Positions 1-9,100 of a DNA stretch of 64,000 bases are shown here, in pieces. Numbering within the stretch: the first letter of the stretch is position 1; the number at the start of each line of letters is the position of its first letter. A program made the translations under genes and the position numbers. Source of the stretch: Flavobacteriales bacterium (GTDB lineage Bacteria > Bacteroidota > Bacteroidia > Flavobacteriales_D > Sanyastnellaceae); assembly GCA_044374295.1 (NCBI GenBank), contig JBILOU010000003.1:7988-71987 (forward strand), read 5' to 3'. The notes under the pieces were generated by a model. That model was not told where the DNA came from, searched no databases, and was given only the letters and a program-made list of their open reading frames with translations.

Positions 1-126
1 ATAGGGTTTTCCATTCGGATGCTTACGAGCAACATCACGCGTGGTATTTTCCAACTGCGCGAAGGCACTCTTTCCACACAAAATAAACACCAGGGAGAGT
101 AAGAAAATTTTAATAGAAGTTTTCAT
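1..126 (-). CDS. 5' end of a secreted protein of unknown function (partial, continues past the window start)
   Basis: The minus-strand ATG at 126 reads MKTSIKIFLLSLVFILCGKSAFAQLENTTRDVARKHPNGKPY with no stop down to position 1. The N-terminus looks like a signal peptide. It is absent from the ORF track because it has no stop codon in the window. Confidence 0.4.
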   Translation of the reverse strand, partial: MKTSIKIFLLSLVFILCGKSAFAQLENTTRDVARKHPNGKPY

Positions 127-128
127 AC

Positions 129-1298
129 TTAATTGAAATCGGGGTAGAGTAAATATTTTTTTCGAATGATCTTATAAGCTTCCAAATCTTTTTGCCACGA
201 AGCACGAATTTCTTCTTCTGAAACCCCTTCGATAATCTGCTTTCGCAATTCCGTGGTTCCCGCTAATTTATCGAAAAAACTAGCAGACGTAAAAAACTTA
301 TCTTTATTCGGATAGTTTGCATACATACCAATGATCCAAGAAAGATTCAATTCAGTTGGGCGCTTTTCGAAACTCACTTTAATTCCTTTACACAATTGAT
401 TCTCGAATGGTGGATTTGTTGAAACTCCAGGTATCTCTTTCGGTGTGAAAGATGCTTCGCCGCTTTTACAATTTGGAAATCCAAATTGTTGGAACGGTAA
501 CGAAGTGCCTCTTCCAATACTCACGCAAGTTCCTTCGAACAAACACAAACTTGGGTATGCATAAATGGAAGTGATATTGGGCAAGTTTGGAGATGGCTTT
601 ATTGGCAATTCGAAATACGCGCTGTGCGTATAATTGCTGCAAGGAATGACAGTAAGTTCACAAGATTTTCCGTCTGTTAACCAACCTTCACCATTAATCA
701 TTCGTGCCATTTCACCAAGGGTGCAGCCGTGAACAATTGGAATTGGAAGTTGTCCTACAAAGGAGTACAACTTCTTATCTGTCATTACCGGTCCATCTAT
801 GTAGTATCCATTTGGATTTGGTCTATCCAGAATAAAAACCGCCTTCTTACTTATCAGTGCAGCCTCCATCACCTCTTGCATAGTTGCCAAAAAAGTATAG
901 AATCGGACACCTACATCTTGAATATCGAAAAGAATAACATCTACATCTGCGAGCATCTCTGCGGTTGGTCTCACGTGATTTCCGTAAAGTGAAAAAATTG
1001 GGAGCTTAGTTTTTTTGTCGGTGCCATCGTTTACATGATCTCCGTTTCCAGCTTCGCCTCGAAATCCGTGTTCGGGTGCAAATATTTTCACCACCTGAAT
1101 ACCGCTTGAAAGCAGGGTATCTACAAGATGAACATTTCCAATTAAACTGGTTTGATTGGCCACTACCGCAACGCGTCTATTTTTCAACAAACCAAAATAC
1201 GCTTCAGTTTGTGAGGCACCCGAATTTTGCGCGAAAGCAAGGCATGCATTCAGCGCGAAAAGAAAACTCAAAAACAAATGAATTCTGTTGTGTTTCAT
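129..1298 (-). CDS. DUF1343 family protein (NamZ-like exo-beta-N-acetylmuramidase family)
   Basis: Family-typical block VAVVANQTS...KIFAPEHGFRGE...LPIFSLYG...DVILFDIQDVGVRFYTF. I prefer the start at M8 (1298) because it gives a clean signal peptide MKHNRIHLFLSFLFALNACLAFAQ. The alternative ATG is at 1319. Confidence 0.75.
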   Translation of the reverse strand: MKHNRIHLFLSFLFALNACLAFAQNSGASQTEAYFGLLKNRRVAVVANQTSLIGNVHLVDTLLSSGIQVVKIFAPEHGFRGEAGNGDHVNDGTDKKTKLPIFSLYGNHVRPTAEMLADVDVILFDIQDVGVRFYTFLATMQEVMEAALISKKAVFILDRPNPNGYYIDGPVMTDKKLYSFVGQLPIPIVHGCTLGEMARMINGEGWLTDGKSCELTVIPCSNYTHSAYFELPIKPSPNLPNITSIYAYPSLCLFEGTCVSIGRGTSLPFQQFGFPNCKSGEASFTPKEIPGVSTNPPFENQLCKGIKVSFEKRPTELNLSWIIGMYANYPNKDKFFTSASFFDKLAGTTELRKQIIEGVSEEEIRASWQKDLEAYKIIRKKYLLYPDFN

Positions 1299-1392
1299 GG
1301 GTCCACAAATTTTGCTCATTCTTAACTAAAATCGAACCGAAATAAATGAAGTTAGTAACTTTCCAATGTCGAAGTCCTAACTTTGAGCCGCA

Positions 1393-2922
1393 ATGAAATC
1401 TTTTAAGCTAGCATCCTTCTTGGCTTTTCGCATGCTTCGCGCGCGAGACAACGGGCGTATTTCGAAGCCAATTGTTCGCATTGCCATGTGGGGAGTTGCA
1501 ATTGGTATTGCATTGATGATTCTTTCTCTGGCCGTGGTAAAAGGATTTCAATCTGAAGTGCGACAAAAAGTAATTGGATTCGGAGGACATTTTCAAATTG
1601 TTTCCAACGGAGATAACGCAGCACAGGAATCTGTTCCCATTCTCCATGATAAAAAATTAATTGACGAACTCAAGAAAATTCCTGGAATTAAAAACGTCAG
1701 TGTATATGCGCAAAAGCCTGCCATTGTTGAATCGAAGGCCGGGTTATCTGGAGTTATTGCAAAAGGAATTGAAGCGCAATACGACACCACTTTCTTGCAC
1801 AGCGCGCTCACGCAAGGAAGAGTAATGAAGTTGACTTACGAAGCAGACACACTTCCTGAAGCTGAAATTGTTTTATCTGAATATATTGCCAATCGACTTG
1901 CGCTTCAATTGGGACAGAAGATGAGTTTGTATATCGTAAACAGCGAAGACGATATTCAACAACAAAACTTCACACTCGTTGGGACTTACAAAACAGAATT
2001 GGAAGAGTACGACGAGAAATTTATTTTCGTTCATCTCGCCTACCTTCAGCAATTCGGTGGATGGGGACTTCAAGGACAAATTATTGTAGACACCGCGTCT
2101 GTCCCCCTACTCACGATTATTTCTCCGATTGGATTCGGAAATAACGGCGAGTTTGAACAGCATTGGCTCGACGGAACGCCTGCAAAAGACCCTATTCTTT
2201 ATTTGAATTTGATAGACACCACATTTGGATTGGTTACAACAGCTCCTTTTCAAATTGCAGACACAACCTACGTGCATTTAAAATTCCCTACGCATGGAGA
2301 AAATGAGTATGTCACTCCCCGATGGACTTATTCGAATCTTCGGGGCAGTGAAGTGAATTACATTGGTGGATATGAAGTTCAGGTTGAAAATTACGAAGCA
2401 CTTGAAAAAGTGAGAGACCCGCTTTGGGAAGCTGTGCCTTATGATTTATTTGTCATCCCACTTACCGATCGCAATCCAGAAATCTTTGCTTGGTTGGAGA
2501 TGCTCGACGTGAATGTGATCATTATTGTGGTACTTATGGTGGTGCTTTCCATTGTTAACATGACCTCGGCATTGCTCATTCTTATATTGGAAAGACAATC
2601 GTTTATTGGCACATTAAAATCCATGGGATTACCGAATCCAATTTTGTTGCGCGTCTTCCTTTGGCACGCTGCGCACATCATAGGCAAAGGAGTTGTAATT
2701 GGAAATATTTTAGGAATTGGCATTGCGCTTTTCCAGAAATACACAGGCGTATTCAAACTTGATCCAGCGAACTATTATGTTTCTGAAATTCCCATTCTCA
2801 TGAACCCAATGGAGATAATCATTTTGAATGCACTCACCCTTTGTGTGTGCGTATTAGCGATGATTCTTCCATCATTATATGTTTCTACTTTCCGTCCAGC
2901 AGAGTCGATTCGAAAAAATTAA
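1393..2922 (+). CDS. LolC/LolE-type FtsX-like ABC transporter permease with an enlarged periplasmic domain
   Basis: N-terminal TM helix followed by VKGFQSEVRQKVIGFGGHFQI, a large extracytoplasmic domain, then three C-terminal TM helices (MTSALLILILERQSFIGTLKSMG). No ATPase gene is adjacent. Confidence 0.75.
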   Translation: MKSFKLASFLAFRMLRARDNGRISKPIVRIAMWGVAIGIALMILSLAVVKGFQSEVRQKVIGFGGHFQIVSNGDNAAQESVPILHDKKLIDELKKIPGIKNVSVYAQKPAIVESKAGLSGVIAKGIEAQYDTTFLHSALTQGRVMKLTYEADTLPEAEIVLSEYIANRLALQLGQKMSLYIVNSEDDIQQQNFTLVGTYKTELEEYDEKFIFVHLAYLQQFGGWGLQGQIIVDTASVPLLTIISPIGFGNNGEFEQHWLDGTPAKDPILYLNLIDTTFGLVTTAPFQIADTTYVHLKFPTHGENEYVTPRWTYSNLRGSEVNYIGGYEVQVENYEALEKVRDPLWEAVPYDLFVIPLTDRNPEIFAWLEMLDVNVIIIVVLMVVLSIVNMTSALLILILERQSFIGTLKSMGLPNPILLRVFLWHAAHIIGKGVVIGNILGIGIALFQKYTGVFKLDPANYYVSEIPILMNPMEIIILNALTLCVCVLAMILPSLYVSTFRPAESIRKN

Positions 2923-2945
2923 ATCTTCCAACTTACCTTCGCACT

Positions 2946-3923
2946 ATGAAGTATCATGAAAACATTCTCGGCACCATTGGTAATACCCCTATGGTGAAAT
3001 TAAATACCATTGTAAATGACATTCCGGCTTTGGTTTTAGCCAAAGTTGAAACCTTCAATCCGGGTAACTCCATTAAGGACCGCATGGCGTTGAAAATGAT
3101 TGAAGATGCTGAAAAAGATGGAAGATTGAAACCAGGGGGAACCATTATTGAAGGAACTTCAGGTAACACAGGAATGGGCTTGGCCATTGCTGCTATCATG
3201 AAAGGATACAAGTGCATTTTCACAAGTACAGATAAGCAGAGTAAAGAAAAATTCGATGCGCTTCGTGCCTTAGGTGCGGAAGTAATTGTTTGTCCAACCG
3301 ATGTAGATCCAGAAGACCCTCGTTCATACTACAGCGTTTCTTCTCGCCTTGAAAAAGAAACACCCAATTCTTGGAAGCCAAATCAATATGACAATCCGAG
3401 CAATGCTCAAGCGCATTACGAATCTACTGGTCCAGAAATTTGGGATCAAACAGACGGTAAGATTACACACCTCGTTGTGGGTGTTGGAACGGGCGGAACC
3501 ATTTCCGGAACTGCGCGTTTCTTGAAAGAAAAAAATCCGAATATTCAAGTGCTTGGTATTGACACCTACGGATCTGTTTTCAAGAAATACAAAGAGACGG
3601 GCGAATTCGATAAAAATGAAATTTATGCGTACGTTACAGAAGGTATTGGTGAAGATTTCCTTCCGGAAAATGTTGACTTCAACTTAATTGATCATTTCGA
3701 AAAAGTAACCGACAAAGACGCTGCGATATACACGCGTAAAGTTGCGAAAGAGGAAGGTATTTTCGCTGGAAACAGCGCCGGATCAGCCATGGCTGGAATC
3801 ATGCAGATGAAAGATCGTTTCAAAGAAGGAGATGTGGTAGTGGTTATTTTCCATGACCACGGTACTCGCTACTTGGGCAAGATGTTCAACGACGATTGGA
3901 TGAAATCGAAAGGTTGGTTGTAA
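2946..3923 (+). CDS. PLP-dependent cysteine synthase / cystathionine beta-synthase family enzyme (no Bateman domain)
   Basis: IGNTPMVKLN, NPGNSIKDR (PLP lysine), GTSGNTGMGLA and GVGTGGTISG motifs. I place the start at MKYHEN (2946). The ORF-track extension 2841..2945 overlaps the end of the upstream permease gene. Confidence 0.8.
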   Translation: MKYHENILGTIGNTPMVKLNTIVNDIPALVLAKVETFNPGNSIKDRMALKMIEDAEKDGRLKPGGTIIEGTSGNTGMGLAIAAIMKGYKCIFTSTDKQSKEKFDALRALGAEVIVCPTDVDPEDPRSYYSVSSRLEKETPNSWKPNQYDNPSNAQAHYESTGPEIWDQTDGKITHLVVGVGTGGTISGTARFLKEKNPNIQVLGIDTYGSVFKKYKETGEFDKNEIYAYVTEGIGEDFLPENVDFNLIDHFEKVTDKDAAIYTRKVAKEEGIFAGNSAGSAMAGIMQMKDRFKEGDVVVVIFHDHGTRYLGKMFNDDWMKSKGWL

Positions 3924-3939
3924 GAGTCTTTCGACTCTT
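3922..3939. terminator. Short hairpin between the convergent cysteine synthase-like gene and rocD (candidate bidirectional terminator)
   Basis: AAGAGTC-tttc-GACTCTT, a 7-bp stem that spans both stop codons. The T-tract is weak. Confidence 0.35.
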
Positions 3940-5176
3940 ATTTCGCGTGAGCTTTAATGACGTTCGAAATAATTTCAACGCATTGCATAATCTCCGCTTC
4001 AGTAATACACAATGGCGGAGCGAAGCGAATGATGTTCCCGTGTGTTGGCTTCGCTAATAATCCGTTCTTAGCAAGGTCTACACAAATATTCCAAGCAGCT
4101 TGGCTCTCTTCGTTATCATCGATAACAACGGCATTCAACAATCCTTTTCCACGAACAAGTGTAACCAATGAAACTTCGCCTTGAAGCTTTCTCATTTCAC
4201 TTCTAAATAATTCTCCGAGGCGCTCTGCATTCTCAGCCATTTTCTCATCGCGAAGAACTTCTAACGCAGCTGTTGCAACAGCACAAGCCAAAGGATTTCC
4301 ACCGTAGGTGCTTCCGTGTTCGCCTGGCTTAATGGTTAACATAACTTCATTGCTAGAAAGAACAGCACTAACAGGCAATACACCACCTGAAAGCGCCTTT
4401 CCAAGAACTAAAATATCTGGCTTCACATTTTCGTGATCGCAAGCCAACATCTTACCTGTGCGCGCTAATCCGGTTTGAACCTCATCTGCAATCATCAACA
4501 CATTGTACTTCGTACAAAGTGCACGAACTCCGGCCAAATATCCTTCATGCGGAACAACCACTCCTGCTTCACCTTGAATAGGTTCGAACATAAATCCAGC
4601 AATGTTCGGGTCACCGGACAAACAAGCTTCCAATGCATTTAAATCATTGTATGGAATGGAAAGGAATCCAGGCATAAACGGACCGAAACCTGCATAGCTG
4701 CTTGGGTCTTGCGAAGTTGAAATAGCAGCCAGTGTTCTTCCCCAAAAATTTCCTTCAACAAAAACAACTTTCGCTTGGTTCTCGGCAATGCCCTTCACTT
4801 TGTATCCCCACTTACGCGCAAGCTTCACAGCAGTCTCGCCACCTTCAACGCCTGTATTCATGGGAAGAACTTTCTCGTAACCGAAATATTCAGTGATGAA
4901 CTTTTCGTAAGCTCCCAATTCACTGTTGTAAAACGCCCGAGAAGTAAGGGTTACTTTCTCGGCTTGATCTTTCAATGCTTGAATAATCTTCGGATGACAA
5001 TGTCCTTGGTTAACTGCAGAATATGCCGAAAGAAAATCGAAGTACTCTTTCCCTTCTAAATCCCAAACCTTAACGCCTTTTCCCTTCGCTATTACAACCG
5101 GAATGGGGTGATAATTGTGCGCTCCATAATTGTCTTCCAAATCCATGGCTTGCGCCGAAGTAAGGTTTGAATTCAT
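3938..5176 (-). CDS. rocD: Ornithine--oxo-acid aminotransferase
   Basis: 412 aa. [12 protein letters not shown]...[30 protein letters not shown] and [15 protein letters not shown]...GKALSGG are typical class-III aminotransferase / RocD motifs. Confidence 0.85.
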   Translation of the reverse strand: MNSNLTSAQAMDLEDNYGAHNYHPIPVVIAKGKGVKVWDLEGKEYFDFLSAYSAVNQGHCHPKIIQALKDQAEKVTLTSRAFYNSELGAYEKFITEYFGYEKVLPMNTGVEGGETAVKLARKWGYKVKGIAENQAKVVFVEGNFWGRTLAAISTSQDPSSYAGFGPFMPGFLSIPYNDLNALEACLSGDPNIAGFMFEPIQGEAGVVVPHEGYLAGVRALCTKYNVLMIADEVQTGLARTGKMLACDHENVKPDILVLGKALSGGVLPVSAVLSSNEVMLTIKPGEHGSTYGGNPLACAVATAALEVLRDEKMAENAERLGELFRSEMRKLQGEVSLVTLVRGKGLLNAVVIDDNEESQAAWNICVDLAKNGLLAKPTHGNIIRFAPPLCITEAEIMQCVEIISNVIKAHAK

Positions 5177-5214
5177 CTCAGTTAATTTTCAGCGAATTTA
5201 GAGTGGGAATGTTG

Positions 5215-5222
5215 TATTTTTG
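5215..5222 (+). promoter_or_regulatory. Bacteroidota -7 promoter box (TATTTTTG) upstream of ndk
   Basis: Exact TAnnTTTG match 18 nt upstream of the ndk ATG, in the divergent rocD/ndk intergenic region. Confidence 0.4.
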
Positions 5223-5240
5223 CAATCCAAAATATTAATT

Positions 5241-5660
5241 ATGTCAGGAAATCGCACTTTTACGATGATTAAGCCAGATGCAACAGCTGCTGGCAACACA
5301 GGAAAAATCATTGACAAAATCATTGAAGCAGGATTCACTATCCGCGCAATGAAATTGACTCAACTTACCAAAGAAGATGCTTCTCGTTTTTACGAGGTTC
5401 ACAAAGAGCGTCCATTCTACGGAGAATTAGTAGAATACATGACTAGCGGTCCTATTGTGGCGGCTATTCTTGAAAAAGATAACGCAGTTGAAAGCTTCAG
5501 AACACTTATTGGTGCTACTGATCCTTCAAAAGCAGATGAAGGAACTATCCGTCGCATGTTTGCTACAAGCATTGCTGCGAACGCCGTTCACGGTTCAGAT
5601 AGCGATGAGAATGCAGCCATTGAAGGGTCATTCTTTTTCTCTAAGCGCGAGCAAGTTTAA
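5241..5660 (+). CDS. ndk: Nucleoside-diphosphate kinase
   Basis: [11 protein letters not shown]...NAVHGSDS motifs. ATG at 5241; the track ORF begins at an upstream TTG. Confidence 0.9.
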   Translation: MSGNRTFTMIKPDATAAGNTGKIIDKIIEAGFTIRAMKLTQLTKEDASRFYEVHKERPFYGELVEYMTSGPIVAAILEKDNAVESFRTLIGATDPSKADEGTIRRMFATSIAANAVHGSDSDENAAIEGSFFFSKREQV

Positions 5661-5683
5661 GTTTTAAACAAAAACTGAAAAAA

Positions 5684-5726
5684 CATCGGGAGCTCGCTTT
5701 AATTAGCAGCTCCCGATTTATTTTTG
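5684..5726 (+). terminator. Rho-independent terminator of ndk
   Basis: Stem CATCGGGAGCT (5684-5694) pairs with AGCTCCCGAT (5708-5717) and is followed by TTATTTTTG. Confidence 0.7.
5719..5726 (+). promoter_or_regulatory. -7 promoter box (TATTTTTG) upstream of icd, embedded in the ndk terminator T-tract
   Basis: Exact TAnnTTTG match 19 nt upstream of the icd ATG. Confidence 0.35.
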
Positions 5727-5745
5727 TACCCTAATTAATCAAGAC

Positions 5746-6972
5746 ATGAATAAAATCAAAGTAGCCAATCCGATTGTTGAAATGGATGGCGATGAAATGA
5801 CTCGAATCATTTGGAAATACATCAAAGACAAATTAATTCTTCCCTACGTTGAGCTTGACATTAAATATTTCGATTTAGGAATTGAAAATCGTGATGCTAC
5901 TGAAGACCGCGTAACGGTTGAGTCTGCAGAAGCTACCTTGAAATACAACGTTGCTGTTAAATGCGCAACCATTACTCCCGATGAAGCACGTGTTCAAGAA
6001 TTCGGATTGAAGAAAATGTGGAAGTCACCAAACGGTACCATTCGCAATATTGTAGGTGGAACTGTTTTCCGCGAGCCAATCATTTGCAACAATATTCCTA
6101 AGTTGGTTCCAGGTTGGACCAAACCTATTAACATTGGTCGTCATGCATTCGGTGATCAGTACCGTGCAACAGACACTACCATCAAAGGAAAAGGAAAATT
6201 AACCATGACCTTCACACCGGAAGATGGTGGAGAAACCAAGTCTTGGGAAGTTTACAATTTCGAAGGAGATGGCGTAGCAATGGCTATGTACAACACAGAC
6301 GAAAGCATTTACGGTTTCGCTCGCAGTTGCTTTAACCAAGCTATCATGCGCAACTGGAATTTATATTTCTCTTCCAAGAACACCATTTTAAAGCATTACG
6401 ACGGACGCTTCAAAGACATCTTTGAAGAAGTTTATCAAAATGAATTCAAATCGAAATTCGCCGAGTTAGGAATCACCTACGAACACCGCTTAATTGACGA
6501 CATGGTTGCTTTCTGCTTGAAGAGCGACGGTGGATTTGTTTGGGCCTGCAAAAACTATGACGGAGACGTTCAAAGCGATATCGTAGCGCAAGGATTCGGT
6601 TCTTTAGGACTTATGACTTCTGCATTGATTACTCCGGATGGAATGACTTTGGAAGCGGAAGCTGCTCACGGAACTGTGACGCGTCACTACCGTCAGCACC
6701 AACAAGGAAAGAAAACTTCTACCAACCCTATTGCTTCTATTTTCGCATGGACTCAAGGTCTTGCTTTCCGTGGAAAATTAGACAACAACCAAGAGCTTAT
6801 CTCATTCGCTCAAACACTTGAGAAAGTATGTGTTGATTTGGTTCAAGGTGGAAAGATGACGAAAGATTTAGCAGTGTGCATTCACGGTTCTGAAACTCGT
6901 GAAGAGCATTATTTAACGACTGAAGATTTCCTTGATGCTATTGATCAAGAATTGAAAAATAGAATTTCTTAA
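5746..6972 (+). CDS. icd: NADP-dependent isocitrate dehydrogenase (dimeric, eukaryote-like subfamily)
   Basis: 408 aa. The N-terminus [28 protein letters not shown]...D.KY.DLG is diagnostic of the IDH1/IDH2-like subfamily. Confidence 0.9.
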   Translation: MNKIKVANPIVEMDGDEMTRIIWKYIKDKLILPYVELDIKYFDLGIENRDATEDRVTVESAEATLKYNVAVKCATITPDEARVQEFGLKKMWKSPNGTIRNIVGGTVFREPIICNNIPKLVPGWTKPINIGRHAFGDQYRATDTTIKGKGKLTMTFTPEDGGETKSWEVYNFEGDGVAMAMYNTDESIYGFARSCFNQAIMRNWNLYFSSKNTILKHYDGRFKDIFEEVYQNEFKSKFAELGITYEHRLIDDMVAFCLKSDGGFVWACKNYDGDVQSDIVAQGFGSLGLMTSALITPDGMTLEAEAAHGTVTRHYRQHQQGKKTSTNPIASIFAWTQGLAFRGKLDNNQELISFAQTLEKVCVDLVQGGKMTKDLAVCIHGSETREEHYLTTEDFLDAIDQELKNRIS

Positions 6973-8036
6973 AGAGGAAATCTAATTACTGTTTGAAACC
7001 CATTTAGAAAATGGGTTTCTTTTTTTCCCTTAAGTTGTGATACAAAAATATCTATCAGTTGAAATCCTTTTCTCGGTTGAACTTCAATCAGAGAATCGCA
7101 GTAATCGCAGACTGAAAAAATAATTTCCCCTTCTTTCTTCAAAAAGGAAATAGACAACTTTGGACTATTCGTATGAGCTAGACTATGCTTTATTGCATTC
7201 GTAAGTAATTCATGCAGCAACATCGAAAGCGGAACAATTCGTTCACCTGTAAAATACACTTCGTCGATTTGAATATCTAAGTCCACCTTGCCCTTGAGGT
7301 TATAAAACTCAAGCAAGATTGCCGTTAAATCAGTGAAGTATTTCTTGATAGACAACTCTGAGTACAAATCACTTTTGTACATGCTCTCATGAATCAACGC
7401 TATGGATTTAATCCGTGACTGTATATTCCAAAGTGTATCTTTCACTTCTCGAAATTGAGTATGTGCAACTTCTATTTCCAATAAACTTGAGATGAATGCT
7501 AAGTTGTTTTTCACCCGATGATGAACCTCACCTAGCAGATAGGTCAGCTCATTATTCTTGAGGCTCAATTGCTCATTCCTATGCTCGACCTTCTCGTATA
7601 AATCAGTTACATCTCTGAGCGCTGCTTGATTCGCACTCTGTGCAAATACAAATTCATACATGGTGTCATGTATGGGAAAGTCATTAATCGTCAAATTATA
7701 ATCTTTTATCAAATAATTCGAATTGATTATCGGATTACAAATAAAAAAGAAACTCTCATCTATGGCGTGAACACCCGATTTGTATCGTTGATTTTTATTC
7801 TTTACTGAAAGAAATACCAATTCATCAAAAGACGCATTCTCTGTGGATAGTTTTGAAACAACTTCATTGAATGGCTTCGATAATGTAAAAAGATTTTCAA
7901 GCTGGCAGTTAGAAATATTAGCACCTAACGCCTTTTCTAAAAGAACTGAACAATAAATCACCTTGCCGGAAGCATCCACTTTGAAAAAAAGTGGGGCTGT
8001 ACGATGCAGGATATTCTCTAACGAACTTAAGACCAT
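6969..8036 (-). CDS. Cytoplasmic sensor histidine kinase with an HNOBA/PAS-like N-terminal region, a HisKA_2 (HWE-type) H-box and HATPase_c
   Basis: No TM segment. [24 protein letters not shown] plus a coiled segment resembles the sGC HNOBA/signalling helix. H-box [20 protein letters not shown]-lid region [13 protein letters not shown]. The gene overlaps the upstream H-NOX gene by 10 nt. Confidence 0.75.
   Translation of the reverse strand: MVLSSLENILHRTAPLFFKVDASGKVIYCSVLLEKALGANISNCQLENLFTLSKPFNEVVSKLSTENASFDELVFLSVKNKNQRYKSGVHAIDESFFFICNPIINSNYLIKDYNLTINDFPIHDTMYEFVFAQSANQAALRDVTDLYEKVEHRNEQLSLKNNELTYLLGEVHHRVKNNLAFISSLLEIEVAHTQFREVKDTLWNIQSRIKSIALIHESMYKSDLYSELSIKKYFTDLTAILLEFYNLKGKVDLDIQIDEVYFTGERIVPLSMLLHELLTNAIKHSLAHTNSPKLSISFLKKEGEIIFSVCDYCDSLIEVQPRKGFQLIDIFVSQLKGKKETHFLNGFQTVIRFPL
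6995..7027 (+). terminator. Rho-independent terminator of icd, lying inside the 3' coding end of the convergent kinase gene
   Basis: GAAACCCAT (6995-7003) pairs with ATGGGTTTC (7011-7019) and is followed by T8 (7020-7027). Confidence 0.7.
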
Positions 8037-8572
8037 GTTAAAAGAAAAGTAACGGTAGTGTTTTCATCAACGCTACTCTCAATTTCTTGTATCACTACTT
8101 CTTTGTCAAACCTCTTGGCTAGACCCTTTATCAGCCCATATAGCATTGGAATCATTCCAATCCTATGGCTTTTGTAAAGCAACTCAATCGAATTTTCCTG
8201 TTCGTTTCTGCATTCAAATTGCGGTGGAGCAAGCTCAGGCATGAGGTTGGTAACCCGACCATGTAACATATTCAAGTTTTTCAGAAAAGCGGGAAAACTA
8301 TCACCGGCCAAATTTAGCATTTCACCATACCCCTTCTCTGCTGTATACAAAATCCAATATTCGCCAAAAGCCTCTAACAAAGTATCTGCTGGCACATTTA
8401 AAATTTCACTTGCGGCACCAACCAATTTAAAAGTAAGCTCATCCGGATAAGGTTTCAAGGTCATGAATCCTTCCGAATTAAATCCTGCTTTATGCTTGAT
8501 CTCTTCCCATTTCTCTATTCCGAATCTTTCAATAATTAGCTCTTCAACAGCCCTGTTAACAATCCCGTACAT
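8027..8572 (-). CDS. H-NOX (haem NO/O2-binding, HNOB) domain protein
   Basis: 181 aa stand-alone domain. N-terminus MYGIVNRAVEELI, proximal His104 (NMLHGRV), and the Y133-x-S135-x-R137 propionate-binding motif (LLYKSHR). Confidence 0.8.
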   Translation of the reverse strand: MYGIVNRAVEELIIERFGIEKWEEIKHKAGFNSEGFMTLKPYPDELTFKLVGAASEILNVPADTLLEAFGEYWILYTAEKGYGEMLNLAGDSFPAFLKNLNMLHGRVTNLMPELAPPQFECRNEQENSIELLYKSHRIGMIPMLYGLIKGLAKRFDKEVVIQEIESSVDENTTVTFLLTWS

Positions 8573-8582
8573 ACTATTTGTT

Positions 8583-9083
8583 TTATGGCTTCAAATAAAC
8601 CGGTGAGTAAACTGTATTCGAAAAATTCAAATCCCTATCGCAGATGCGCACTGCAAATCGGCATGTATCAAATCCGCTGGCCAAGTAATAACCCGGATAC
8701 ATTTGAACCGTTATGGTTCCCTTCTGAGTTTTATTCTGTCCGGGCGGAGAGGCCCAAGGCACACGGTAGTAAAAAGGGACGGCATTAGGATTTAAACATG
8801 GGTCTTCGCTTATTTGCATCCAAGTGCCATTTCGCAATTCTTCATACACACAAAATAGGTTATAGCGCGTATCGCAATTACCAAAGACACCAGACGTATC
8901 CTCTTGACCAAGTCCTACATTTCCATCTCCATCGATAAAATCAACCTCTACAAAAGCACTATCGCCGCTCGCCGTCATTCTCACTGCCTGTATGCTAGGC
9001 TCATCTGGATAAGTCTCTACTTTCAAGCAACTGGTCACAACTAAGACTAGGAAAATAAAAAGTGGTATACTAATATTTCGCAT
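8583..9083 (-). CDS. Cys-rich lipoprotein of unknown function
   Basis: Signal peptide plus lipobox (LVVTSC), several further Cys residues, and the acidic loop DFIDGDGNVGLGQED. It lies 10 nt upstream of the H-NOX gene on the same strand. Confidence 0.5.
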   Translation of the reverse strand: MRNISIPLFIFLVLVVTSCLKVETYPDEPSIQAVRMTASGDSAFVEVDFIDGDGNVGLGQEDTSGVFGNCDTRYNLFCVYEELRNGTWMQISEDPCLNPNAVPFYYRVPWASPPGQNKTQKGTITVQMYPGYYLASGFDTCRFAVRICDRDLNFSNTVYSPVYLKP

Positions 9084-9100
9084 CTTTGTAAATATAGCAA

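Noticed and set aside
2841-2945. N-terminal extensions suggested by the ORF track here, and also at 30259..30333, 32491..32541, 44362..44394, 45883..45960, 46665..46817 and 50588..50635.
   Set aside because: Each extension overlaps the upstream gene or a terminator hairpin. Each has an internal ATG that gives a canonical N-terminus or signal peptide, often with stop/start overlap typical of operons. I trimmed them.
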